A DNA stretch of 64,000 nt from an uncultured Bacilli bacterium (GCA_934096805.1 CAKOMW010000001.1:215633-279632); one strand, 5' to 3'; positions 27,170 to 37,412 are shown, numbered from the stretch's first letter. Notes: a model not told the origin generated them from the sequence alone. Made by a program: numbers and translations.

Positions 27170-27724
27170 TTGAAAGTTAGTGTTGGGGTTTCTAATAGAC
27201 ATGTTCATTTGTCTTTGTTTGATTATAATTTGTTGTTTTCTTCAGAAATGGAATGTGAAAAGAATCTTTCTCAGCCTGGTGAATTTAAAACTAATAAAAG
27301 AGTTAGTTTAAAGACTGATAAGGGTATTATTGATAATGTGGCAGTGCTTGGTCCTTGTAGGGATTATACACAAGTAGAAATTAGTAGAACAGATGCTTAT
27401 TTTTTGGGTATTTCTCCAGAGGTTAGAAGTTCTGGAGATGTTAGTCATGGGGCAGTTGTTACTATAATTGGTGAGTGTGGGGAACTTGTTCGTGATTGTT
27501 GTATATTGGCTACTCGTCATATACATATTTCTCATGATGATAGAGTTAAGTATGGTTTGTTGGACTCTTCATATAGCGTTTTGGTTCGTGGTGAAAAGGG
27601 CGGTATTTTAGATAATGTTCATATAAAAGAAGATGGTGGCGTTTTTGAACTTCATTTGGACACGGATGATGCTAATGCATTTTTACTTAATAATGGTTCT
27701 TTAGTTGAAATAATCGAAGAATAG
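27170..27724 (+). CDS. pduL: Phosphate propanoyl/acetyltransferase PduL
   Basis: Duplicated PduL repeats: VGVSNRHVHLS...GPCRDYTQVEISRTDAYFLGI and ATRHIHISHDD...VHIKED..FELHLDTDDANA. TTG 27170 follows GGGAGA. Confidence 0.82.
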   Translation: MKVSVGVSNRHVHLSLFDYNLLFSSEMECEKNLSQPGEFKTNKRVSLKTDKGIIDNVAVLGPCRDYTQVEISRTDAYFLGISPEVRSSGDVSHGAVVTIIGECGELVRDCCILATRHIHISHDDRVKYGLLDSSYSVLVRGEKGGILDNVHIKEDGGVFELHLDTDDANAFLLNNGSLVEIIEE

Positions 27725-27725
27725 T

Positions 27726-27914
27726 TTATTTTCTTCGATTATTTTTATAATTTTCAAGTTTTTCTAAAGTTTCTTCGTTTGGATTGTCCCAGTTTTCTGG
27801 TGTTATTCCAGCGTCGTATAGTTCGCTTTCTCTTAGTAGTCCTAAGTCATTCATTAGATAGTAGAGATATTCTGTTTCAATATCGTTTTTATTGTTCTTT
27901 TTCTTTCTTATCAT
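27726..27914 (-). CDS. Small hypothetical protein (62 aa)
   Basis: ATG 27914 lies 8 nt after AAGGAG, inside the last 26 nt of the PBP gene. Translation is MIRKKKNNKNDIETEYLYYLMNDLGLLRESELYDAGITPENWDNPNEETLEKLENYKNNRRK. I recognise no family. Confidence 0.5.
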   Translation of the reverse strand: MIRKKKNNKNDIETEYLYYLMNDLGLLRESELYDAGITPENWDNPNEETLEKLENYKNNRRK

Positions 27915-29838
27915 AATTTTCTCCTTTCGTTGGCTCTGTTCCATTTATGTAGTATAGTATTTTTTTATGGGTACTTTCGTTTGTTGCTGGTTCTCCGGTT
28001 ATGGGATCCATTAAAACGCCAATTACAGTGGGTGGTATTTTATACCAACTATTTTTTTTGTCTTTTAGGAATGTTTCCATGGCATAGGACCATGATTTTT
28101 TATTTTTTGTTACATCATTATTGGTGATGTTTTTATTGTTATCGTATCCTGTCCATGATACTAATACATATTCGGGAGTGTATCCAATTATCCATGAATC
28201 TGTGTCAGTGCTTCCACTTTTTATGGCGTATTTATTGGTTAGGTCAGAAATCATACTATAGCAGGTGGGATAGGTGTAATCTATTAGTTCTTTGTCGTAG
28301 GATCCTGTTAGTAGTTCGCTTATTATGAAGGTGATTGCAGGGTCTAGGATTTGTTCTTCTTTTTCTTTGTATTCATATAAAACGTTACCATTGATGTCTT
28401 CAATTTTTTCTATTATGTGGGGTTTTACTTTTTTTCCTTCATTTGATAGTGTTGTATAGGCTGTTGCAAGTTCTTTTGGGCTTGTTTCAAATGTTCCTAG
28501 TGGAGTTGAGGGGAGCTCTTTTATGTCAGAGTTTATTCCTACTTTTTTAAGGGTATTTACTAGCTCATCTTGTCCTAGGAATAGATGTGTTTTTACGGCA
28601 AAGATATTATCAGAGTATGCTAGTGCTGTTGCTAGGGTGATTTCTTTTCCTGCGTATATATTACCATAGTTTTTTGGAGAATATGTTTGGTTGTTGTCGA
28701 AGTTAAATGTTGTTTTGTTGCTTAAGAATTTTGTGGTGGAAGTAAATCCCTTTTCAATTGCTTTGTAGTATAAAAATGGTTTTACAGTTGAACCTGGTTG
28801 TCTTTTGGCATTTGTAGCGCGGTTGTATTGTGAATATCCGTAGTCGGTTCCTCCGATTAAGCCAATTATTCCTCCAGTTTTTGAGTTCATCATTATTTTT
28901 GCTGTTTGTGCATCTTCGTTTGTATATTTTTTTGTGCTTTCATCTAGGCTTTTTTGGGCATTTATGTCTAATGCTGTGTATATTTTTATACCACCAGTTT
29001 CTAGATAGCTTTTTGGCATTTCGTTTAAATTATATAGTTCTTCCATTGTGGCATCATAATAGTATAATAATGATGTTAAATTGCTGTTTTCTTTTTTATT
29101 ACTTAGTTTTATATCTTCTTTTAAAGATTTTTCATATTCATCTTTGGTTATGTATTTGTTTTTATACATTCTTTCTAGGACAACTTTTTGTCTTTGTTTT
29201 GATTGGGTATAGTTGTCTATTGGTGAATAATTTGCTGGTGAATTTGGAATTCCTGCAAGAATTGCGGCTTGAGCTAGGGTTAAGTCTTTTACGTCTTTAT
29301 CAAAGTAGTATTTACTTGCGTTTGCTATTCCGTACATTCCATGTCCATAGTTTATTGTGTTTAAGTATCCTTCAAGAATTTCATCTTTTTTGTAGTGGGT
29401 TTCTAATTCAAATGTTATCCACATTTCTTTGTATTTTCTTTTCCAACTTTTAGAAAAGTCTAAGAAGAGATTTTTGGCGTATTGTTGGGTTATGGTTGAT
29501 GCTCCTTGAACTAGATCTTTGTGTTTTATATTTTCATATATGGCTTTGGTTATTCTTAAGTAGTCGAAGCCTTTGTGTTTGTAAAAGTTTTTGTCTTCAA
29601 CTGATATGGTTGCTTCTTTTATGTAGTTTCCCATGTTTTCTAGATTAACCCATTCTTCGCTTCCGTTTCCTTGAAAGGTTAATTGTTGTTTGTTGTCGTA
29701 TAGGTAAAATTTGTTGGCACTTTTTATGTCCATTTTTGGTGTGATAAGAGCGTAGAGGTATCCAATTATGTTACATGTTACAAAAAAAATTATAAGAATT
29801 ACAAAGATTTTTAGTATTATTTTTCCTAATTTTTTCAT
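27889..29838 (-). CDS. Bifunctional class A penicillin-binding protein (glycosyltransferase/transpeptidase)
   Basis: GT51 motifs EDKNFYKHKGFD, GASTITQQYAKN and RKYKEM. Transpeptidase motifs GSTVKPF (SxxK), YSDN (SxN) and KSGST. Confidence 0.92.
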   Translation of the reverse strand: MKKLGKIILKIFVILIIFFVTCNIIGYLYALITPKMDIKSANKFYLYDNKQQLTFQGNGSEEWVNLENMGNYIKEATISVEDKNFYKHKGFDYLRITKAIYENIKHKDLVQGASTITQQYAKNLFLDFSKSWKRKYKEMWITFELETHYKKDEILEGYLNTINYGHGMYGIANASKYYFDKDVKDLTLAQAAILAGIPNSPANYSPIDNYTQSKQRQKVVLERMYKNKYITKDEYEKSLKEDIKLSNKKENSNLTSLLYYYDATMEELYNLNEMPKSYLETGGIKIYTALDINAQKSLDESTKKYTNEDAQTAKIMMNSKTGGIIGLIGGTDYGYSQYNRATNAKRQPGSTVKPFLYYKAIEKGFTSTTKFLSNKTTFNFDNNQTYSPKNYGNIYAGKEITLATALAYSDNIFAVKTHLFLGQDELVNTLKKVGINSDIKELPSTPLGTFETSPKELATAYTTLSNEGKKVKPHIIEKIEDINGNVLYEYKEKEEQILDPAITFIISELLTGSYDKELIDYTYPTCYSMISDLTNKYAIKSGSTDTDSWIIGYTPEYVLVSWTGYDNNKNITNNDVTKNKKSWSYAMETFLKDKKNSWYKIPPTVIGVLMDPITGEPATNESTHKKILYYINGTEPTKGENYDKKEKEQ

Positions 29839-29936
29839 GGCTTCACCTTTTTTCTCTTTAATAGTTTGAAAAAAAATAAAAAAAATATGTACTTTTTTTC
29901 TGTTTAATATTATAATCTTATGGAAAAGAGGTCTTT

Positions 29937-30284
29937 ATGGAAAAAATTAATGTATATATATGTGTAAATGATTATAAAATAAGTACTGCAGGTGAGTTAT
30001 GTGACGGAATAGTGACCTGTTCTGATGGTTTATCTAAAATTAGTTATGATATTAACAAAAAAATGTTAATAAAGGAAGATTCTGAGGTTAAAATTGTTCT
30101 TGATTTTGATAAATGCGAAGTTAGGATATGTTTGGCTAAGAATGATTCTTTATTTATTAACAAAATGATGTTAAAAAGTTATTGTTTTTTGGAGAATCAG
30201 ATAAGAATTGTGTATTTGCTTGATGAAAAAATATATAATTTACTAATTATGTATGAAAATGAAGAAAAAGTACTTGAAAAATAA
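29937..30284 (+). CDS. Hypothetical protein (possibly DUF1934/YwiB-like, by position upstream of rpoE only)
   Basis: 115 aa, beta-rich pattern, no TM helix. The family call is positional and weak. Confidence 0.45.
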   Translation: MEKINVYICVNDYKISTAGELCDGIVTCSDGLSKISYDINKKMLIKEDSEVKIVLDFDKCEVRICLAKNDSLFINKMMLKSYCFLENQIRIVYLLDEKIYNLLIMYENEEKVLEK

Positions 30285-30374
30285 ATGAAATTAATGTATA
30301 AATATGTAGTGGATGCATATGGATTTTTAATACATATAATATTTTAAATAATAAATTTGAAAGGATGTATCGAA

Positions 30375-30815
30375 ATGAAAGTGAATAAGTTAAAAAAAGA
30401 GGAATTAGAAGTTATGTCGTATAATGATATCGCTAATTTATTGCTTAATGAAGAAAGTAAACAAAATACTGCAGTTTTATTTAAGAAGATAGTTGATTTG
30501 TTAGAGCTTTCTACTTCTACTTACGAGAGTAAAATTGGTGATTTTTATACTTCGATGAGTAATGATAAGAGATTTATTATGTTAGATGATGGAACTTGGG
30601 ATCTTCGTAAGAATCATAAGTCTAGTGTTAGTTTAGATAGTAATATAGATGATTATGACGATGATGATTCTGATGAACTTTATGATGATTATGAATCTTC
30701 GTTTGAAGAAGACAATTATGATGATAATGATCAAGATGATGATATTTCTGATGTTACTGAAGAATACAAGAATCTTGTTATTGTTGATGAAGAAGATTTA
30801 GAAAATGAACAATAA
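30375..30815 (+). CDS. rpoE: DNA-directed RNA polymerase delta subunit
   Basis: HARE-HTH N-terminal domain (MSYNDIANLLL...FYTSMSNDKRFIMLDDGTWDLR) and a long D/E-rich tail. Confidence 0.88.
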   Translation: MKVNKLKKEELEVMSYNDIANLLLNEESKQNTAVLFKKIVDLLELSTSTYESKIGDFYTSMSNDKRFIMLDDGTWDLRKNHKSSVSLDSNIDDYDDDDSDELYDDYESSFEEDNYDDNDQDDDISDVTEEYKNLVIVDEEDLENEQ

Positions 30816-30841
30816 TTTTATTTATTGTTTGAGGTGATATT

Positions 30842-31903
30842 ATGATAGATAGATTGGAAAATATATTAAAGAAGTATAATGAGCTTACTGACGAGATTTC
30901 AAAGCCAGAGGTAATTTCTGATATTAGTCTTCTTACTAAGTTATCCAAGGAGCATAGTACTTTGTCTGAAGTTGTTACTGTTTATAAAAAGTATAAGGAA
31001 GTTATTGGTTTAATTAGTGATGATGAGGAGTTACTCAATGATAGTGAGCTTAAGGATATTGCTAAAGAAGAACTTTCTTCTTTATATGAGCTTAAGGAGT
31101 CTTTGGAAAAAAACTTGGAAATTTTGCTTCTTCCTAAGGATGAAAATGATGGTAAGAATGTAATAATGGAAATACGTGGTGCTGCTGGTGGAGATGAGGC
31201 TAATATTTTTGCTGGAGATCTTTTTCGTATGTATCAAAAGTATGCTGAGTCTCTTGGGTATAAAATTGAGGTTTTGAATGCAGTTGATGGTACGAATGGC
31301 GGTTTTTCTCAGATAGAGTTTATGGTAAAAGGTGAAGGTGCTTATTCAAGACTTAAGTATGAAAGTGGTGCTCATAGGGTGCAAAGGATACCTGTTACAG
31401 AATCGCAAGGAAGAGTTCATACTAGTACTGCTACAGTGGTAGTGATGCCAGAGCAAGAGGATTTGGAAATTGAAGTTAAAGAGTCTGACATAAAGGTTGA
31501 CGTTTATCGAAGTGGTGGTGCCGGAGGACAAAGTGTTAATACTACTGATAGTGCGGTTAGAATGACACATTTGCCTACTGGAATAGTTGTTACATGTCAG
31601 AATGAAAGAAGCCAATTACAAAATAAAGAAAAGGCGTTACAAATACTTAAAACTAAGATTTATGAGGAAACTATTAGAAAGCAAGAAGAAGAACAGGGTG
31701 CTTCTAGAAGGAGTAAGATAGGAACTGGGGATAGATCGGAAAAGATTAGAACTTATAACTATCCTCAAAATAGGGTTACTGATCATAGAATAGGTCTTAC
31801 TTTGAATAAGTTAGATAGAATTATGGAGGGTGATCTTGGTGATGTTATTGATGCTCTTATAAATGAAGACCAAAAGAGGAAACTTTCAGAAAATGAAGAT
31901 TAG
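30842..31903 (+). CDS. prfA: Peptide chain release factor 1
   Basis: PVT tripeptide (RIPVTESQGR) and GGQ motif (SGGAGGQSVNTTDSAVR). Confidence 0.96.
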   Translation: MIDRLENILKKYNELTDEISKPEVISDISLLTKLSKEHSTLSEVVTVYKKYKEVIGLISDDEELLNDSELKDIAKEELSSLYELKESLEKNLEILLLPKDENDGKNVIMEIRGAAGGDEANIFAGDLFRMYQKYAESLGYKIEVLNAVDGTNGGFSQIEFMVKGEGAYSRLKYESGAHRVQRIPVTESQGRVHTSTATVVVMPEQEDLEIEVKESDIKVDVYRSGGAGGQSVNTTDSAVRMTHLPTGIVVTCQNERSQLQNKEKALQILKTKIYEETIRKQEEEQGASRRSKIGTGDRSEKIRTYNYPQNRVTDHRIGLTLNKLDRIMEGDLGDVIDALINEDQKRKLSENED

Positions 31904-32705
31904 GGATGTTATTTATAAAAATGATAAGATAAATCTAGATAAAAAAAGACTTGCTATGGGGCAAGTTTTATCTTTATCTAACGTGGATTTGTCTTTGAAG
32001 CTTGATGACTCTTTGTCTTTGGGTTGCTATATTAAGTATAAGAGTGTTCTTAGAAAGCTTGTGCGAGGGGTACCTATTCAATATATTTGTCATAAAGCAT
32101 ATTTTTATAATAGATGGTTTAAGGTTAATAGAAATACTTTAATTCCTAGAGTTGAGACGGAATATTTGGTTCTTGAAACTAAGAAGTTGATTGATAAGTA
32201 TTTTTCTTCTGATGTTAGTATTCTTGATATTGGTACTGGCAGTGGAATTATTGCAATTACTCTTGCTTCTTTTAGTGATAAGTATGATGTTTGTGCTACT
32301 GATATTTCGTCTTCGGCTTTAAAAGTTGCTAAGTATAATGACAATCTTTCTCAGGTTAAGTTTATTCATACTGATTTGTATAAGGGTATTGATAGAAAGT
32401 TTGATGTTGTTATTAGTAATCCACCTTATATAAAGGAGGGGTCTTGTTTTGTGTCTTCTTCTGTTGATAAGTATGAACCGCATATTGCTCTTTATGGTGG
32501 TGATGATGGGCTTTTATTTTATAGAAGAATTTTTAAAGATATTAAGAGTATTGTTAATAAGAAAAATATTATTTGTTTTGAAACTGGTGAGAATCAAAAT
32601 GATTTGATTGAGGAGATGGCTTTTGATTATTTTCCTGATGCAAAAATTATTAAGAAAAATGATTTGAATGGTTTTAATAGATATATTTTTATAATAAATG
32701 AATAA
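31893..32705 (+). CDS. prmC: Release-factor glutamine N5-methyltransferase
   Basis: LIPRVETE, DIGTGSGIIAI and NPPY. Overlaps the prfA end. Confidence 0.9.
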   Translation: MKIRDVIYKNDKINLDKKRLAMGQVLSLSNVDLSLKLDDSLSLGCYIKYKSVLRKLVRGVPIQYICHKAYFYNRWFKVNRNTLIPRVETEYLVLETKKLIDKYFSSDVSILDIGTGSGIIAITLASFSDKYDVCATDISSSALKVAKYNDNLSQVKFIHTDLYKGIDRKFDVVISNPPYIKEGSCFVSSSVDKYEPHIALYGGDDGLLFYRRIFKDIKSIVNKKNIICFETGENQNDLIEEMAFDYFPDAKIIKKNDLNGFNRYIFIINE

Positions 32706-32745
32706 ATCTTTTATATTTGTATCATTATGTATGTAGGTGATATAA

Positions 32746-33273
32746 ATGAAAAGATTTTTTCTTATATTGATTTGTTTTTTAGTACTTGTTATTTATGTTA
32801 ATAAGTTTAATTCTAATTATTATGTTATTCCTGATGATTCAATTAGGATAAGGATTATTGCTAATAGTGATAGTTTTGATGATCAATATATTAAGATAAA
32901 GATTAAACAACTTATTGAACCTGTTATTTCTTCTGATCTTAAGGATAGTACTTCTTTGGAAGAATCGCGTTTGGTTGTTCTTGATAATTTAGATAAATAT
33001 AATAGCTTGATAGGTAACTACTTAAAAAAAGGCAATTATAACCAAAAGTTCTCTATTAATTATGGAGATAATTATTTTCCTGAAAAGGAATATAAGGGTG
33101 TTAAGTATGAGAGTGGTTATTATGAATCACTTGTTATTAAGCTTGGTGAGGCTAAAGGGGAAAATTGGTGGTGTGTTATGTTTCCTCCGATTTGTTCTTT
33201 AGAAGTGGAGGAGAATGATGATATTCAGTATAAGGTTTTTGTTAAAGAATTGTTTGATAAGTATATGAAATAA
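32746..33273 (+). CDS. spoIIR: Stage II sporulation protein R
   Basis: Signal/TM helix, IRIRIIANSDS..DQ, and GENWWCVMFPPIC. Confidence 0.85.
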   Translation: MKRFFLILICFLVLVIYVNKFNSNYYVIPDDSIRIRIIANSDSFDDQYIKIKIKQLIEPVISSDLKDSTSLEESRLVVLDNLDKYNSLIGNYLKKGNYNQKFSINYGDNYFPEKEYKGVKYESGYYESLVIKLGEAKGENWWCVMFPPICSLEVEENDDIQYKVFVKELFDKYMK

Positions 33274-33447
33274 AAAAGTTTTGATATTTTCTTAAATGTT
33301 TAACTTTAGAGTAAATATAATAATTAACTTAGTAAGACGTTTTATTTGTTAAAAAAACTGATGTTTTTGCTAAAATAAAGGAAAAAAGAGGGTTAAAGCT
33401 TTCTTTTTTTTTTTATTTGTTGTAAAATATTTGTTGGAGGGATTAAC

Positions 33448-35943
33448 ATGGCGATTTTAAAAAAGATGATAGATCATGAATATAAAGAACTTAGAAGATT
33501 TGAAAAGATTGCGAATCAAATAGAAGAACTTGATTCTGAGTATCAAAAATTAAGTGATGAAGAATTAAAAAATAAAACTATAGAGTTTAGAAAAAGACTT
33601 AGTGAAGGAGAAACTTTAGAGGATATTAAGGTTGAAGCTTTTGCTACTGCTAGAGAAGCATGCTACAGAGTTATTGGAGAAAAACCTTATCATGTTCAAT
33701 TAGTTGGAGGTCTTGCACTTCATTATGGTAATATTGCTGAAATGAAGACTGGAGAAGGTAAGACTCTTACTTCTGTGCTTCCAGCTTATTTAAATGCTCT
33801 TGGAGGAGAAGGTGTACATATTATTACGGTTAATGAGTATTTAGCTACTCGTGATTCTTCTTGGATGGGGCAAATTCATAATTTTTTGGGACTTACAGTT
33901 GGTCTTAATTTAAGGGATCTTAATCCTAGTGAAAAAAGAGAACAATATGATTGTGATATTTTGTATTCTACAAATAATGAAATTGGTTTTGATTATTTGA
34001 GAGATAATATGGCAATTAGAAAGGAAGATAGAGTACTTCAAAGAGGTCTTAATTATGCCATTATCGATGAAGTTGATTCGGTATTAATTGATGAGGCTAG
34101 AACACCACTTATTATATCGGGGGGATTTCTTGAAAGTAAGAATCTTTACTTGGAAGCTGATAAGTTTGTTAAGCGTTTAAAAAAAGAAAAGTCTTATACT
34201 TATGATGCTAAGTTGAAGAGAGTAAGTCTTACAGATGAAGGTGTTAAGGAAGCTGAAGATTATTTTAAACTAAAGAATCTTTATGATTTAGATAATTCTA
34301 CTTTAGTTCATTTTATTAATCAAGCTCTTCATGCTAACTATTCAATGAAGAAGGATTTTGATTATGTTGTACAAGATGGTAAAATTATAATAGTTGACCA
34401 ATTTACAGGACGTTTAATGCCTGGTAGAGCGTTTAGTGATGGACTTCATCAAGCTATTGAAGCTAAAGAGGGTGTTGAAATTGAACAAGAAACTAAAACT
34501 CTTGCCACTATTACATTCCAAAATTTATTTAGAATGTATAAAAAGTTGTCTGGGATGACTGGTACTGCTAAGACTGAAGAGGAAGAATTTAGAAATATTT
34601 ATAACATGTATGTTATAAGTGTTCCTACTAACAAGAAAGTTATAAGGGAAGATATGTCTGATCTTATTTATGCTAGTAAGAAATCTAAACTTAAGGCTAT
34701 AGTTGATGAAATTGAAAAAAGACATAAAACTGGTCAACCTGTGCTTGTAGGTACTATTGCTATTGAAATGAGTGAGGAAATTAGTGATTTGTTAAAGAAA
34801 AGACATATTCCACATGAAGTTTTAAATGCTAAGAACCATGCACGTGAAGCTGAAATTATTGCGAAGGCTGGTGAGAAGGGCTCTGTTACTATTGCTACTA
34901 ATATGGCTGGTCGTGGTACTGATATTAAGTTGGGTGAAGGTGTTAAAGAACTTGGTGGTTTATGTGTAATTGGTACTGAAAGACATGAATCTCGTCGTAT
35001 CGATAATCAGTTACGTGGACGTTCTGGTAGACAAGGTGATCCTGGTTATTCACAATTCTATATAGCTATGGATGATGATTTGATGACTAGATTTGGGTCG
35101 GAAAAAATTAAGAATATCTTAGAAAGCATGGGTGTAGATGATGGTCTTGCTATAAGGAGTAAGGTTTTCTCTAACTCTGTTAAGTCAGCTCAAAAGAGAG
35201 TTGAAGGTAATAACTTTGATATGAGAAAAACAGTTCTACAATATGATGACGTAATGAATAAACAAAGAGAAATGATTTATAATAAGAGAAATGATATATT
35301 GGATAAGGATAGTATCCATGAAGATGTTCTTAAATCTATGTATAATCATATTCTTGATGTTGTTGAATCACATTTAGATCAAAATGATAAGCTTAGTGAT
35401 AGTGATTTGGATGAGATTTTAGAGTATGTTAATTCTAATTTGATAAGAATTAGTATTAATAAACAATCTTTAGATTTAAATGATGTAGATGGTGTTATAA
35501 ATAGTATTTATGATGTGATTGTTAAGGAATATGAAGATAAGATAAAAGAAGTTCCTGAAGAAATTGTTAATGAGTTTGAGAAAGTTATTAGTTTGAATGT
35601 TATTGATAAGTATTGGATGGAACAAATAAATACTATGTCGCATTTGAAAGAAGGTATTTTCTTAAGACAATATGCTCAGGATAATCCACTTAGAGCTTAT
35701 ACTGAAGAAGGATTTGAGCTTTTCGCTGAGATGCTTTCTAATATTGATAAGTTTATTACTTTATATCTTTTAAGAGCAGAAATTAGACAAAATATTGAAA
35801 GAAAAGAAGTTGTTAAGAATAAAACTACTAATATAACTGATGATACTCAAAAGGGTCATACTAAGAGAGTTAAGAAAGTTGGTAGGAATGAGATGTGCCC
35901 TTGTGGCTCAGGACGCAAATATAAACAATGTTGTGGTAAATAA
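33448..35943 (+). CDS. secA: Preprotein translocase ATPase SecA
   Basis: MKTGEGKTL, DEVDSVLIDEARTPLIIS, TNMAGRGTDI and a C-terminal SEC-C zinc motif CPCGSGRKYKQCCGK. Confidence 0.97.
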   Translation: MAILKKMIDHEYKELRRFEKIANQIEELDSEYQKLSDEELKNKTIEFRKRLSEGETLEDIKVEAFATAREACYRVIGEKPYHVQLVGGLALHYGNIAEMKTGEGKTLTSVLPAYLNALGGEGVHIITVNEYLATRDSSWMGQIHNFLGLTVGLNLRDLNPSEKREQYDCDILYSTNNEIGFDYLRDNMAIRKEDRVLQRGLNYAIIDEVDSVLIDEARTPLIISGGFLESKNLYLEADKFVKRLKKEKSYTYDAKLKRVSLTDEGVKEAEDYFKLKNLYDLDNSTLVHFINQALHANYSMKKDFDYVVQDGKIIIVDQFTGRLMPGRAFSDGLHQAIEAKEGVEIEQETKTLATITFQNLFRMYKKLSGMTGTAKTEEEEFRNIYNMYVISVPTNKKVIREDMSDLIYASKKSKLKAIVDEIEKRHKTGQPVLVGTIAIEMSEEISDLLKKRHIPHEVLNAKNHAREAEIIAKAGEKGSVTIATNMAGRGTDIKLGEGVKELGGLCVIGTERHESRRIDNQLRGRSGRQGDPGYSQFYIAMDDDLMTRFGSEKIKNILESMGVDDGLAIRSKVFSNSVKSAQKRVEGNNFDMRKTVLQYDDVMNKQREMIYNKRNDILDKDSIHEDVLKSMYNHILDVVESHLDQNDKLSDSDLDEILEYVNSNLIRISINKQSLDLNDVDGVINSIYDVIVKEYEDKIKEVPEEIVNEFEKVISLNVIDKYWMEQINTMSHLKEGIFLRQYAQDNPLRAYTEEGFELFAEMLSNIDKFITLYLLRAEIRQNIERKEVVKNKTTNITDDTQKGHTKRVKKVGRNEMCPCGSGRKYKQCCGK

Positions 35944-35982
35944 GCCCGCGAACCCGTATAAAATAAGGGATTGCGGGTTTTT
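35944..35982 (+). terminator. Strong rho-independent terminator of secA
   Basis: gcccgcgaaccc (35944-35955) pairs with gggattgcgggt (35967-35978); 11-nt loop; T5. Confidence 0.8.
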
Positions 35983-36005
35983 CTATGATTACAATATTTA
36001 GGTAA

Positions 36006-36044
36006 TTTTAGACATGTCTTTTGTCTTAGATACGTTTTAGATAC
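36006..36044 (+). repeat. Left-flank cluster of TTTTAGAYA(C/T)G motifs
   Basis: ttttagacatg (36006-16, containing the palindrome AGACATGTCT), cttagatacg (36025-34) and ttttagatac (36035-44). The same motif recurs at 37439-37462. Confidence 0.7.
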
Positions 36045-36130
36045 TCTTAAAAAGTATTGCAAACCCTTATAAAATAAGGATAAAAAGTATATTGAAAAAT
36101 AATTTTCAAATTGAATATAAAACTTATCTA

Positions 36131-36145
36131 AATTGTAATTTATTA
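36131..36145 (+). repeat. 15-nt direct repeat AATTGTAATTTATTA (left copy)
   Basis: An exact second copy is at 37413-37427. The two copies bracket ORF 36213-37400. Confidence 0.65.
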
Positions 36146-36184
36146 CTCAAAAGCAGTAATATCAAAATTTTTAACAATAATTTA

Positions 36185-36193
36185 TGGTATAAT
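36185..36193 (+). promoter_or_regulatory. Extended -10 element (TGgTATAAT) upstream of the orphan ORF
   Basis: TG at 36185-86 and TATAAT at 36188-93. No good -35. The GGAG RBS at 36201 implies a very short leader. Confidence 0.4.
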
Positions 36194-36212
36194 TTATATA
36201 GGAGTTGATAAG

Positions 36213-37400
36213 ATGGGTAAAATTGTTACGATGCATGAACTAGCGCAAGTATTAAAGCTATGTGATAAATATTTAATTAATAGATATCAAACTAATATTG
36301 AACGATTGATGGAAATGAATATAGATAATAAAGTTGAATCAATATTGATGTTATTGTTAGCAAATAAAGAAATATCTAACTTATTTGAACAATATGAATT
36401 ATATGATGTTATGTATGATTTATTAGATAGTTATTCTCAAAAAAAGATCTTTGCTATTTCGGATGATACACTTAGATTATCTACTAAAAGACCAAATGAT
36501 TTAACCGAGACTGAATATAGAGTTACAGAAGATAGACTTGATAAAATTTTTGAATCACTTGAACATAATATGGAGTTATATGATAGATTATATAGAGATA
36601 AAATTTGGATTATAGATAGTAGCATAGGTCGAACTGAAAGAATATCAATTTCACCAACTAGATTTTTTCATTTAATGGGATTAGATGAGAAAGATTTTAA
36701 AGATGATGCCTCTATGAGATTATTTGAAAGTGTTTTCCCTACAGAAGATAGTATAAGAACTTTGATGAAAGATAGAAAAGATTTGTTTAAAGTATTGGAA
36801 AAAATGTTACAAAGAGAAACAACAATTAAACAGGCAATTTTAGATGGGACATTAAAGCCTGTTATTAATCCACAAAAATTGGAAATGAAAGGATTTTCAT
36901 TTGAAAGAATAGGAATTATTGAACATTCAAGTGGTATGATCTTTTATGATAAAGAATTAGCTAAACGATTAGGATATAATACAAGACTTCAAACAGATTT
37001 AATATTACTTAGTAATTTTATAAGAAAATATAATTTAGAATTTGTATTCTCTATGTATAGAAAATATAAACATACGCCAAAAGCAAAGGATGTAGAAAGT
37101 TTAATTATTCCACAAAGAGGGTATGAAAATTCTGAATTTATTAAAGGCCAACAAGTTTCAATAAGCGAATCAGCTAGAAGATATTCGCCCAAAGATTTTG
37201 ATTATACAATTCGCACAGAAGATGGAAGCGAAGAACCTTTATCTGATCCAGATGAATTTGTTGAATTCAGTGATGAAGATAAAGCAAGAATGGCACATAC
37301 AATTATAACTGAATTACCATTACTTGATACTGAACATTTAAAAGAAGTATATAATACATTAAAAAACAATTTATCAAATGGTAAAAATCATAAAAAGTAA
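36213..37400 (+). CDS. Orphan 395-aa cytoplasmic protein of unknown function
   Basis: Long clean ORF with a GGAG RBS. No TM helix or signal peptide. Acidic C-terminal segment (EDGSEEPLSDPDEFVEFSDEDK). I cannot assign a family from memory. Located in the secA-prfB island. Confidence 0.75.
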   Translation: MGKIVTMHELAQVLKLCDKYLINRYQTNIERLMEMNIDNKVESILMLLLANKEISNLFEQYELYDVMYDLLDSYSQKKIFAISDDTLRLSTKRPNDLTETEYRVTEDRLDKIFESLEHNMELYDRLYRDKIWIIDSSIGRTERISISPTRFFHLMGLDEKDFKDDASMRLFESVFPTEDSIRTLMKDRKDLFKVLEKMLQRETTIKQAILDGTLKPVINPQKLEMKGFSFERIGIIEHSSGMIFYDKELAKRLGYNTRLQTDLILLSNFIRKYNLEFVFSMYRKYKHTPKAKDVESLIIPQRGYENSEFIKGQQVSISESARRYSPKDFDYTIRTEDGSEEPLSDPDEFVEFSDEDKARMAHTIITELPLLDTEHLKEVYNTLKNNLSNGKNHKK

Positions 37401-37412
37401 TAATTATATAAG

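Noticed and set aside
28830-29453. A 207-aa + strand ORF.
   Set aside because: It lies entirely antisense to the well-supported class A PBP gene. Its composition is low-complexity and L/F-rich, typical of the reverse frame of an AT-rich CDS. No RBS.
30640-30790. A GAT/GAA-rich low-complexity stretch as a microsatellite or phase-variable repeat.
   Set aside because: It encodes the normal acidic C-terminal tail of RNA polymerase delta (RpoE).
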